From: a virus
Length of the DNA stretch: 41,273 bases
Strand: one strand, 5' to 3'
Virus record (IMG/VR): IMGVR_UViG_3300028584_000124
Coordinates: 1-41,273 of that record
Positions 1 to 7,532 of the stretch are shown here, in pieces. The notes under the pieces are model-generated. The model ran no database searches, was not told the DNA's origin, and saw only the letters and a program-made list of their open reading frames with translations. Numbering within the stretch: position 1 is the stretch's first letter; each line of letters starts with the position of its first letter. Position numbers and translations under genes: made by a program.

Positions 1-99
1 CTCATCGCGCGGGAGATGGGGGACATGGGGCAGAAGCGGAACCACATCACCAAGGCCGGATGGTCCTACGTGGAGCGTCTAGCCTCCTTCATCAACTAG
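1..99 (+). CDS. MarR-like regulator gene, 3' end only (exact copy of 41019..41117 created by the window-end overlap)
   Basis: Bases 1..255 are identical to 41019..41273. The reading frame ends ...SYVERLASFIN at TAG 97..99. Confidence 0.8.
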   Translation, partial: LIAREMGDMGQKRNHITKAGWSYVERLASFIN

Positions 100-107
100 G
101 AGCTGAC

Positions 108-1217
108 ATGGCTGTTCGACAGCGCGGCAAGACCTGGCAGGTGGACGTCAAAGTCCAGGGCCAGGACAACCCCACCGGGGAGCTGGTGCGGGTCCGGCAG
201 AACTTCAAGACCGAACGCGAGGCCATCCGCATGGAGCTGCTCATACGGGCGGACATCATGAGGACCGGCCGGTGGAGCCCAGAGCTAGAGGTCGAGGGCG
301 TCGTCCAGCTGAAGAACAAGCGCGCCGAGGGGACCCTCAAAGCCGCCCTGAAGCTGGCCTGGAGCCACCCCACCAAGGGCTGGCAGCACACCAAGGACGG
401 CAAGGGCCAACACCGCAACGCCGAGATGGTCGTGGAGTTTCTCGGCGAGGACACCCTGTGCATCGAGATCACCCACCTCGACTTCGACAGGGCTGCTGCC
501 TACTTCGCCGAGAAGCACAACAGCTCCGACACCGTCACCCGCAAGCTCCAGGCCTTCTACCGGGTCCTGTGGTTCGCCCAGCGGCAGGGCTGGATCAGAG
601 CCCGCCCAGAGTGGGACCGCCCGACACCTGGGAAGGCCCGAGAGTACATCTTCACGCCTGAAGTCGAGGCCGAGGTCATCGCGTACTTCCGCCACATCGA
701 AGGCAATGACGAGCTGGCCGATATGTTCAAGGTCGGCATCGAGACCGGCGGCCGACTTGGTGAGCTACTGGCCGCCCGCGTAGAGGACTGCTCCCTCACC
801 GACAGCTTTATGGTCATCTACGGCGCTGTCCGCGAGGACGGCCGGAGAGACACCAAGAACGCCGAGAGCCGCACCGTGATCCTCACCGACGCCGCCAAGG
901 AAGTCCTGGCCCAGCGCATCAAGGCCATCGGCAAGCGGGGCCTCCTGTTCCCCAACATGAACAGCGAGCACGTCAGCCGGGACATGCGTATGGCCAGGGA
1001 GCACATGGGCGAGGAAGGCAACACCGAGTTCGTCTTCCACGCCACCCGCCACACCTGCGGAACACGCATGGCCGAGCGGGGTGTCCCCCTGAACGACATG
1101 ATGGACCAGCTAGGCCACAAGACTGCGGCCATGACCCGCCGCTACATCAAGCTGTCACCTGCAGCCCGCCGCGCGACCATCCTAGCGGCCATGCAGCCAC
1201 GTCTCACGGGGTCCTAA
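108..1217 (+). CDS. int: tyrosine recombinase / phage integrase
   Basis: ATG 108 follows a GGAG that overlaps the upstream TAG. The C-terminal catalytic signature is HATRHTCGTRMAERG ... LGHKTAAMTRRY (HxxR ... Y). The ORF-track start at 60 overlaps the upstream gene and is rejected. Confidence 0.95.
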   Translation: MAVRQRGKTWQVDVKVQGQDNPTGELVRVRQNFKTEREAIRMELLIRADIMRTGRWSPELEVEGVVQLKNKRAEGTLKAALKLAWSHPTKGWQHTKDGKGQHRNAEMVVEFLGEDTLCIEITHLDFDRAAAYFAEKHNSSDTVTRKLQAFYRVLWFAQRQGWIRARPEWDRPTPGKAREYIFTPEVEAEVIAYFRHIEGNDELADMFKVGIETGGRLGELLAARVEDCSLTDSFMVIYGAVREDGRRDTKNAESRTVILTDAAKEVLAQRIKAIGKRGLLFPNMNSEHVSRDMRMAREHMGEEGNTEFVFHATRHTCGTRMAERGVPLNDMMDQLGHKTAAMTRRYIKLSPAARRATILAAMQPRLTGS

Positions 1218-1219
1218 CC

Positions 1220-1238
1220 GATTAGGTGGCATCTACGC
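1220..1238 (+). promoter_or_regulatory. motif B copy (GATTAGGTGGCATCTAC-GC), candidate phage-RNAP promoter
   Basis: Matches 14 of 17 positions of AATTGAGTGGCATCTAY, which also occurs at 5107, 15086 and 36615. It lies in the gap after int. Confidence 0.4.
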
Positions 1239-1267
1239 TGCTGCTGGTCCAACTCTATGTGGTCAGC

Positions 1268-1352
1268 TGGTGGCGGCTCCGGGGATCGAACCCGGATACC
1301 CTTAGGTGGCAGATTTTAAGTCTGCTGCGTCTACCAGTTTCGCCAAGCCGCC
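1268..1352 (-). tRNA. tRNA-Leu (anticodon UAA), class II, CCA encoded
   Basis: The reverse complement reads GGCGGCT-TG-GCGAAACTGGTAGACGC-A-GCAGA-CTTAAAA-TCTGC-CACCTAAGGGTAT-CCGGG-TTCGATC-CCCGG-AGCCGCC-A-CCA. This gives a 7-bp acceptor stem, a 5-bp anticodon stem with TAA at positions 34-36, a long variable arm and a TTCGATC T-loop. Confidence 0.9.
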
Positions 1353-1415
1353 TCGCGCCTTCCCTAGCTGATCCTGCTACAGGTCGAAAGACCATAGCCA
1401 GGCACTGGAGAAGAT

Positions 1416-1676
1416 ATGCGCAAGGCCCTGACCATTGGACTGCTCCTGGCGTCGGCACTCGGCGTCGGGGCGGCGGTAGCGGCGAAGACCATCGAGATGA
1501 CCACGCCCTATGAAGCGACCTATCGCTCCCCGACCGGGACGTGGGTCGCTTCCGTTTGGCAGGACCCCGGCACTGGCTGTCAATACTACTTCAACGGCGG
1601 CCCGCTAACGCCCCGCTTGAACCGGGATGGCAAGCCGCACTGCCCCGGTGTCCCTGTCAGTCCTTACCCGGACTAA
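1416..1676 (+). CDS. small secreted protein (signal peptide, two Cys), function unknown
   Basis: GGAGAAG RBS precedes the ATG. The N-terminus MRKALTIGLLLASALGVGAAVAAK looks like a Sec signal with an AxA site. High GC3. Confidence 0.6.
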   Translation: MRKALTIGLLLASALGVGAAVAAKTIEMTTPYEATYRSPTGTWVASVWQDPGTGCQYYFNGGPLTPRLNRDGKPHCPGVPVSPYPD

Positions 1677-1896
1677 ATCTGTCGACCCGCGCCCAGTAGG
1701 ACCGCGAGTAGGTCAGGTAGACCACGAGAAGCACACCAGGCACGGACCCTAGCGCCACCGCCTGGAGGTTCTCCGGTATCCATCCGCTGACCACGAAGCC
1801 AGCCACCACCCAGCCGATACCGACCTTGGTCAGTAAGCCCCGCAGCTTGTCGGGGTGGATGCCGTGGTCTGGGTTTGCTGTCGGTGTCGAGGGCAT
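1657..1896 (-). CDS. small two-TM membrane protein (only - strand protein gene)
   Basis: On the - strand AGGAG lies 6 nt upstream of the second ATG (1896). There are two hydrophobic segments (IGWVVAGFVVSGW; VALGSVPGVLLVVYL). It overlaps the convergent 1416..1676 gene by 20 nt. Confidence 0.55.
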   Translation of the reverse strand: MPSTPTANPDHGIHPDKLRGLLTKVGIGWVVAGFVVSGWIPENLQAVALGSVPGVLLVVYLTYSRSYWARVDRFSPGKD

Positions 1897-1948
1897 GGCC
1901 ATCTCCTGGGCGAAAGCCCTTCTAGCTCATCATCGCAATGGAGGGAAC

Positions 1949-2140
1949 ATGATCGACTTTTCCCCGGACAGGGACGAGGTCACCGCGCTGCGGACAGAAA
2001 GCGGCATGGGCCTACAAGAGTGCCAACGCCGTATTCTCGGCCGCAACATCCGCGCCGCGCTCTATGGTGACCGGCGAGCGGACCCCGCCGTCCTCCAGGC
2101 GGTCCTGCTGGAAGTCGTGGATCGCTTGTTCCCCGACTGA
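1949..2140 (+). CDS. hypothetical small protein
   Basis: GGAGGG RBS lies 4-5 nt before ATG 1949 (MIDFSPDRDEV...). It is divergent from the - strand gene. The segment VTALRTESGMGLQECQRRI loosely resembles a UBA / EF-Ts N-terminal helix pair, but the call is weak. Confidence 0.5.
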   Translation: MIDFSPDRDEVTALRTESGMGLQECQRRILGRNIRAALYGDRRADPAVLQAVLLEVVDRLFPD

Positions 2141-2260
2141 CGTGGCCCTGGCCGTGTCCCTTGAGGCCCCATCCGGTGGCCTTGAGGCCCTGGGGCCACA
2201 CCATAACCACTTGAAGTAACAGGAGAATTGCCCAGCCGTAGACGGACTTAAAATCCGGGG

Positions 2261-2281
2261 ATTGCACTTGCGCAATCGCTA
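2261..2281. promoter_or_regulatory. TTGCGCAA palindromic motif, site 1 of 10 (ATTGCACTTGCGCAATCGCTA)
   Basis: Core at 2268..2275, in the gap upstream of the RNAP gene. The sequence is identical to site 37415..37435 and is the exact reverse complement of 15068..15088. TTGCAC ... GCTATG flanks resemble -35/-10 elements. Confidence 0.6.
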
Positions 2282-2354
2282 TGTGGCCCCGAAGAAACTT
2301 AGCTAGTTCAATAGTTTGCCCACCACTCAGGTGGCTGACATCCGACGCGCATAC

Positions 2355-2391
2355 GTGGCCCTGCACTGAGTGGCCCTACGCGCGTGGCCCT
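2355..2391 (+). repeat. three GTGGCCCT octamers at 15- and 14-nt spacing
   Basis: GTGGCCCT occurs at 2355, 2370 and 2384. Related copies are at 2142 (CGTGGCCCTG) and 2283 (GTGGCCCC). All lie in the non-coding stretch before the RNAP start. Confidence 0.7.
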
Positions 2392-2411
2392 GTACCCCAA
2401 GGAACGCCCTC

Positions 2412-5084
2412 ATGACTGCCAACCAAGCCATGGTTGATCCCAGCCTGATGACCGCCCTCGACGAGATCACTGTCGAGCTTACCGACCCCGCCATGGACCG
2501 CCAGTTTGAGCTGGAGGCCGAGATGATCGAAGACGGACGCCACAAGTTCTGGGACCGCATGGAGCGCGCCCGCCCTGGAGTGGACGCGGAAGGCCGCGCC
2601 CGCGAAGGCGAAGAGAGCCGCGCCCCTACCTCCCAGTGCCTCATGCGTCTCTCGCTGAACCCAGTGAAGGACGGCATCGCCGCGTTCATCGCCGCCGCGT
2701 CCTCCGGGAAAGCTGGCCGCAAGCACGCCGCCCTGAAGCACCTGAAGCTGGTGGACCACGAGACCGCCGCCTTCCTGGCCCTCAAGTCCTGCCTCGACGC
2801 CTTCAGCCTGTCCCTTACCGAGGGGGTCCTGTGTGGACGCATCGGCCGCCTGATCGAAGACGAGGTCCGCCTCCGCATCTTCGAGGACAAGGCTGCGGGT
2901 CTGTTGCGCGCGATCCGCAGCCGCTTCGACACCAGCAACTTCAAGCACCACCGCCGGGTACTCAATGCCCTCGCCAAGAGGCACAATGTGGACCTGGGGG
3001 AGCGCTGGTCTGACGTCGAGGCCCTGCACGTCGGCGCTGCCCTCCTGACCCAGGTCATCGAGCGCACCGGCCTGTTTGAGATCGTGATGGTCCAGCGCGG
3101 AGGGGCCGACCGCCACGTCACCGTCCAGCCCACCGCAGCCACCGTGGCATGGGTCCAAGCCCGCGACGGCGCTGCCCAGTTCCTCCTGCCGACCTACATG
3201 CCGATGGTCGTCCAGCCCAAGCAGTGGACCTCGCCGACTGGTGGCGGCTACCGCTTCGGCCTGGCCCGCCGCCTCCGCATGGTCAAGAGCCGCAGCCCCG
3301 GCTATCAGGCCGAGCTGAAGGAGTGGGATATGCCCCTGGTGTACCGCGCTGTGAACGCGCTGCAGGACACGCCCTGGCAGGTGAACACGGACGTCCTCCG
3401 CTACCTGTCCCCTGCCGCGCGCGCAGGTCACGAGTTCGCTGGCCTCCCCTCCACCAAACAGGCCACCGTGCCGCCCGCCCCGGCTGGCATCCCCGCCGAC
3501 AAGGAGAAGCGCACCGAGGCACAGGCCCTGGCCCTCAACGCCTGGAAGTCGCAAGCCCGCGACATCCACGTGGAGAACATCCAGCGCCGCTCCAAGGGTC
3601 TCGTGGTGGCCCGCACCCTGGCCATCGCCGAGAAGTACGCGGAGGAGCCCTGCATCTACTTCCCGTACACCCTGGACTTCCGGGGCCGTGCCTACCCGGT
3701 GCCGTCCTTCCTCCAGCCGCAGGGCTGTGACTACCAGAAGGCCCTCCTGCGGTTCTCCAAGGGCAAGCCCCTCGGTGAGCAAGGCGCGGCCTGGTTGGCC
3801 ATCCACGGTGCCAACCTGATGGCGGACTGCCCTCTCTCCGGTGCGAAGCTCGACAAGGCTGCGCTCCAGACCCGAGTGGACTGGGTGTTCGCCAATGAGC
3901 ACCACATCGTGGCCGCAGCGGCTGACCCCGACGCCAGCGACTTCTGGCTGAAGGCAGGGGGCGGCGAGAGCTGCTGGCAGTTCCTGGCGTTCTGCTTTGA
4001 GTGGGCGGGCTACGTCCGCGAGGGGGCATCCTTCGAGAGCCGCCTCCCCATCGCCCTGGACGGCTCCTGCAACGGCCTCCAGCACTTCTCCGCCATGCTG
4101 CGGGATGAGGTGGGCGGTGCTGCCGTCAACCTCGTGGCCCACAAGCTGCCCGCCGACATCTACATGGAGGTCCGCAACGCCACCCTGGAGCAGATCAAGA
4201 TCGACGCCGCCTGTGCCCTCGTTGAGGTGCCGGACGCGCCGACCGACAAGGAAGCGCTGAAGGCCGAGGACAAGTCGTTCAAGGATATGCGCGCCCTGAA
4301 CGCCGACACCCACGCAGCCCGCGCCTGGATGGGCACCAACCAGCTGGACCGGGACCTGTGCAAGCAGCCTGTCATGACGATGCCCTACGGGTCCAAGCAG
4401 TTCGGCATCCGCCAGCAGCTCGCCCGCAAGCTCGCCAAGAGGGGCTTCGAGTTCATCGACCAGTCAACCGGGGAGGTCTCCGAGGGCTGGAACGAATGTG
4501 GCTACCTCTCCAAGGTCATCTGGGGAAGCCTCGGGTCCGTGGTCGTCAAGGCCCGCGAGGCGATGGACTGGCTCCAAGCCTGTGCCCGCCTGGCAGCCGC
4601 CGAGCAGCAGCCCATCAACTGGGTCACGCCGGACGGCTTCTGGGTCCAGCAGAACTACCGGGAGGCCCACCTGAAGAAGGTCAAGACCCAGGTCGCGGGC
4701 ACCCTGTTCTGGCCCCGAATGGCCGAGGAAGCCGACACCGTGGACAAGCTACGCCAGCAGAACGGCGTGGCTCCGAACTTCGTCCACTCCATGGATGCCA
4801 CCGCCATGCGCGCGTGCATCAACATGTCGTTGGACAACGGGATCGAGGACTTCGCCATGATCCACGACAGCTACGCGGTCCACGCCGCCGACACCGAGCT
4901 GTTCTACGACTGCATCCGCCAGAGCTTCATCGCGATGTACGAGCAGGAGGACGTGCTGGCCAACTTCAGGGCCAATCTGGAAGCCCAGCTCTCGGAAGAG
5001 AGTGTCGAGCTTCTCCCCGCCCCGCCGCTGCCGGGAACCCTTGATCTTCAGGGGATTGCCTGCTCGGACTTCTTCTTCGCCTAG
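2412..5084 (+). CDS. T7-like single-subunit DNA-dependent RNA polymerase
   Basis: 890 aa. Signatures are DGSCNGLQHFSAM, PVMTMPYGSKQFG, HDSYAV and a C-terminal SDFFFA (compare T7 DGSCSGIQHFSAM, IHDSFGT, DFAFA). ATG 2412 follows AAGGAA. The GTG at 2370 from the ORF track lies inside the GTGGCCCT repeats. Confidence 0.97.
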   Translation: MTANQAMVDPSLMTALDEITVELTDPAMDRQFELEAEMIEDGRHKFWDRMERARPGVDAEGRAREGEESRAPTSQCLMRLSLNPVKDGIAAFIAAASSGKAGRKHAALKHLKLVDHETAAFLALKSCLDAFSLSLTEGVLCGRIGRLIEDEVRLRIFEDKAAGLLRAIRSRFDTSNFKHHRRVLNALAKRHNVDLGERWSDVEALHVGAALLTQVIERTGLFEIVMVQRGGADRHVTVQPTAATVAWVQARDGAAQFLLPTYMPMVVQPKQWTSPTGGGYRFGLARRLRMVKSRSPGYQAELKEWDMPLVYRAVNALQDTPWQVNTDVLRYLSPAARAGHEFAGLPSTKQATVPPAPAGIPADKEKRTEAQALALNAWKSQARDIHVENIQRRSKGLVVARTLAIAEKYAEEPCIYFPYTLDFRGRAYPVPSFLQPQGCDYQKALLRFSKGKPLGEQGAAWLAIHGANLMADCPLSGAKLDKAALQTRVDWVFANEHHIVAAAADPDASDFWLKAGGGESCWQFLAFCFEWAGYVREGASFESRLPIALDGSCNGLQHFSAMLRDEVGGAAVNLVAHKLPADIYMEVRNATLEQIKIDAACALVEVPDAPTDKEALKAEDKSFKDMRALNADTHAARAWMGTNQLDRDLCKQPVMTMPYGSKQFGIRQQLARKLAKRGFEFIDQSTGEVSEGWNECGYLSKVIWGSLGSVVVKAREAMDWLQACARLAAAEQQPINWVTPDGFWVQQNYREAHLKKVKTQVAGTLFWPRMAEEADTVDKLRQQNGVAPNFVHSMDATAMRACINMSLDNGIEDFAMIHDSYAVHAADTELFYDCIRQSFIAMYEQEDVLANFRANLEAQLSEESVELLPAPPLPGTLDLQGIACSDFFFA

Positions 5085-5088
5085 AGCA

Positions 5089-5125
5089 TGTCGATTGCGC
5101 AATCGCAATTGAGTGGCATCTACGC
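5089..5125 (+). promoter_or_regulatory. composite site: TTGCGCAA motif (site 2) followed by motif B AATTGAGTGGCATCTAC-GC
   Basis: Palindrome core at 5095..5102 and motif B at 5107..5123, with a 12-nt offset identical to the 15068..15104 composite. It lies directly after the RNAP stop. Confidence 0.6.
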
Positions 5126-5165
5126 TGCATCACCACGCAGCTCATTCCGACTACCGGAGAACCTC

Positions 5166-5366
5166 ATGACCACCACCACCCGCACCGTGACCACCACCGC
5201 CGTCTCCGACGCGGTCTGCACCCTGTTCACCGTCATCGAAGACAGCCGCGAGCCTGGTATCGTCCGCATCGAGAGCGGCGCGGACACCGTGTGCCTCGAT
5301 GCAGGCACGCTCGACGACATCCTGCACACCCTGAACGCCGCAGCTGGCCGCATCATCCCCGCATGA
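5166..5366 (+). CDS. hypothetical protein
   Basis: GGAG RBS precedes ATG 5166 (MTTTTRTV...). High GC3. The stop overlaps the next start (ATGA). Confidence 0.6.
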   Translation: MTTTTRTVTTTAVSDAVCTLFTVIEDSREPGIVRIESGADTVCLDAGTLDDILHTLNAAAGRIIPA

Positions 5367-5626
5367 AGCTCAACCGCGACCGCATCATGAACGCCGATGC
5401 CGAGCAGGTAGGCCGGGGTGCAATCGCCCTGGCCGACCGTCTCCAAGACATCGCCGACCATGACCGCCCCCTCGCCGTTGCGATGTTCGTCCGCCTCTTC
5501 TTCGAGCGGCTGGGCATCGAACCGCAAGAGGCCATGACCGCCGCCGGGAACATGCTGGCCGAGGCAGAGCGCCTTGGTGTCCGGCAGTTCGCCGCCCTCC
5601 GCGACTACCTCAAGAACGACCTCTAG
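5363..5626 (+). CDS. hypothetical protein
   Basis: ATGA start/stop overlap with the upstream gene. 87 aa, high GC3. Confidence 0.6.
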   Translation: MKLNRDRIMNADAEQVGRGAIALADRLQDIADHDRPLAVAMFVRLFFERLGIEPQEAMTAAGNMLAEAERLGVRQFAALRDYLKNDL

Positions 5627-5645
5627 CGCCTGGAAAGGCCCGACC

Positions 5646-5798
5646 ATGTTCAACACCACTGCCCATGCTCGGGCCATCGCCATATCCGCCGCTTGCCAGT
5701 TCTGGACGCGCGGCCAGCCCGTCCCCCTCAACATCCTGGCCCGCCTCGACAGCCTCGGCTGCGACATCCAGGCCCTGGAAGCCCGTTACGCCGTCTAG
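5646..5798 (+). CDS. hypothetical small protein (50 aa)
   Basis: GGAAAGG precedes ATG 5646 (MFNTTAHARA...). High GC3. It ends just before palindrome site 3. Confidence 0.45.
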   Translation: MFNTTAHARAIAISAACQFWTRGQPVPLNILARLDSLGCDIQALEARYAV

Positions 5799-5802
5799 GC
5801 CG

Positions 5803-5822
5803 TAGCGATTGCGCAACCGCAA
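5803..5822. promoter_or_regulatory. TTGCGCAA palindromic motif, site 3 (TAGCGATTGCGCAACCGCAA)
   Basis: Core at 5809..5816, about 20 nt upstream of the SSB start. Confidence 0.6.
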
Positions 5823-5835
5823 CACAGAGAACCAC

Positions 5836-6537
5836 ATGACCGAAACCACCAAGAAGCCCCGCCTGGAAACCGCCGTCTCCCCGCGAGGCGTGTTCAACTT
5901 CCCGTGGCTCAACAAGCCGGACACCAAGTTCAACAAGGAAGGCGTCTACACCACCGGCCTCCTCGTGAACGCTGGCGCGGCCGCCCCCTTCATCGCCAAG
6001 ATCGACGCCGCCATCCAAGCCAAGCTGGACAGCCAGGTCGCCGAGATGGTGGCCAAGGGTGGCAAGGCCATCGCTGACAGCAAGAAGGTCACGACCCACG
6101 CGCCGTACCAGCCCGAGTACGACAAGGAGGGCAATGAGACCGGCCGCATCAAGTTCACCGCCAAGGTCAATGCCGAAGGCAGCAACGACAAAGGGGACGT
6201 GTGGTCCAACAAGCCCGCGATCTTCGACGCAGCTGGCACCCCGACCACGGTGGCCATCTTCGGCGGCTCCGAGGGCAAGGTCAGCGTCCAGCTGGTCCCG
6301 TACTACTCGGCCAAGGACAACCAAGTCGGCATCACGCTGCGCCTGAAGGCCGCCCAGGTCCTGAAGCTGGTCAGCCGCAACAGCGACAGCGCCGAGGGCT
6401 TCGGCTTCGGCTTCGGTGCCGAGGACGGCTACGTCGCCGACGAGCAGGACGAACCGGCCCCCAAGGGCGAGGACTTCAGCACGGGTGACGACACCGCCTC
6501 GGACGACACCAGCTCCAAGTCGAACGACGACTTCTAG
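5836..6537 (+). CDS. T7 gp2.5-like single-stranded DNA-binding protein
   Basis: GGSEGKVSVQLVPYY and ITLRLKAAQVLKLV align with T7 gp2.5 GGSKLKVKYSLVPY and VKLQLESVMLVEL. The acidic C-terminal tail ends ...SNDDF, with a terminal Phe as in gp2.5. Confidence 0.85.
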   Translation: MTETTKKPRLETAVSPRGVFNFPWLNKPDTKFNKEGVYTTGLLVNAGAAAPFIAKIDAAIQAKLDSQVAEMVAKGGKAIADSKKVTTHAPYQPEYDKEGNETGRIKFTAKVNAEGSNDKGDVWSNKPAIFDAAGTPTTVAIFGGSEGKVSVQLVPYYSAKDNQVGITLRLKAAQVLKLVSRNSDSAEGFGFGFGAEDGYVADEQDEPAPKGEDFSTGDDTASDDTSSKSNDDF

Positions 6538-7047
6538 GTGGTCAAGCCCCGCTACAAGAGCGCGGCGCACGCGGGGCACCTTCTGGGTTTCCGGTCTGGA
6601 CTGGAGGAGCAACACTCCGCCCAGCTCACCGCCCAGGGGGTGCCCTACGACTACGAGAAGCACAAGGTCATGTACGTGGTCCCGTCACGGGTCGCCTCGT
6701 ACACCCCCGACTTCTACCTCCGCCACAACGGGATCGTAGTCGAGACCAAGGGCCGCTTCGAGGCAGCCGACCGGGAGAAACACCTCCTGATCCGCGCACA
6801 GCACCCCGCCCTCGACATCCGCTTCGTCTTCTCCCGCTCGAAGACCCCCATCCGCACGGGCTCGCCGACCACCTACGCCGATTGGTGCAACACCCACGGC
6901 TTCCAGTTCGCCGACAAGTTCATCCCCCAGTCGTGGCTCATCGAGCCTCTCGACGTCACTCGGGAAGGTGCCCTGGCCTCCGCCACCACCGCCCCCTGCC
7001 AGCAGACCTGGGCCAGCTTCAAGTTGACCCGGCGTCGCACCGCTTAG
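6538..7047 (+). CDS. T7 endonuclease I-like Holliday junction resolvase
   Basis: YTPDFYLRHNGIVVETKGRFEAADREKHLLIRAQHPALDIRFVFS...GSPTTYADWCNTHGFQFADKFIP parallels T7 gp3 YTPDFLLPNGIFVETKGLWESDDRKKHLLIREQHPELDIRIVFS...GSPTSYGEFCEKHGIKFADKLIP. A GTG start abuts the SSB stop. Confidence 0.93.
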   Translation: MVKPRYKSAAHAGHLLGFRSGLEEQHSAQLTAQGVPYDYEKHKVMYVVPSRVASYTPDFYLRHNGIVVETKGRFEAADREKHLLIRAQHPALDIRFVFSRSKTPIRTGSPTTYADWCNTHGFQFADKFIPQSWLIEPLDVTREGALASATTAPCQQTWASFKLTRRRTA

Positions 7048-7053
7048 GACCTC

Positions 7054-7521
7054 ATGTTCCAGCCCCGCAAGTCCACCGAGTTCGTGGTCGTCCACTGCTC
7101 GGCCACGCCTCCGTCTCTTGACTGGGGCCGCACCGAGATCGACCGCTCCCACCGCCAGCGTGGCTTCACCGCCATCGGCTACCACTACGTCATCAAGCGC
7201 GATGGCACCGTCGAGAAGGGCCGCCCCGAGAACACCGTGGGTGCCCATGTCGAGGGCTACAACAGCCGCTCACTGGGCATCTGCCTGGTGGGCGGTGTCG
7301 ATGCTGCAGGTAAGCCGCAGGACAACTTCACGGACGCCCAGTGGGCCGCCCTGATCCCCACCCTGCGCAGCCTGAAGCACGCCTACCCGTTGGCCAAGAT
7401 CGTCGGCCATCGGGACCTGTCACCCGACAAGAACAAGGACGGCAAGGTCAGCCCCCACGAGTGGCTGAAGTCCTGCCCGTGCTTCGACGTCGCCCAGTTC
7501 CTCAAGACCCACAGCATCTAG
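7054..7521 (+). CDS. N-acetylmuramoyl-L-alanine amidase (T7 lysozyme gp3.5-like)
   Basis: STEFVVVHCSATPP, IGYHYVIKRDGTVEKGR, GAHVEGYNSRSLGICLVGG and SCPCFD match T7 lysozyme blocks FVHCSATKP, GYHFIIKRDGTVEAGR, GSHAKGYNHNSIGVCLVGG and ACPSFD. Confidence 0.93.
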   Translation: MFQPRKSTEFVVVHCSATPPSLDWGRTEIDRSHRQRGFTAIGYHYVIKRDGTVEKGRPENTVGAHVEGYNSRSLGICLVGGVDAAGKPQDNFTDAQWAALIPTLRSLKHAYPLAKIVGHRDLSPDKNKDGKVSPHEWLKSCPCFDVAQFLKTHSI

Positions 7522-7532
7522 GAGAGCCACAC

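Noticed and set aside
1-255. The 255-bp end duplication as a T7-style direct terminal repeat.
   Set aside because: Its boundaries cut through two coding sequences far from the gene 19 / early-promoter junction, where T7-like terminal repeats lie. It is most simply an assembly or circularisation overlap.
1949-2140. A UBA / EF-Ts N-terminal-like helix pair in the 63-aa protein (VTALRTESGMGLQECQRRI).
   Set aside because: The resemblance covers about 20 residues and comes from memory only. It is too short to support a functional call without a profile search.
2376-4313. A 645-aa ORF on the - strand opposite the RNA polymerase gene. Similar long antisense ORFs occur at 30736..33309, 34789..36411, 10475..11938, 8273..9679 and 16681..17862.
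   Set aside because: They lie antisense to genes with unambiguous T7-family homology. Their products are low-complexity G/A/R/V/L-rich sequences with no recognisable motifs. Long open antisense frames are expected in GC-rich DNA.
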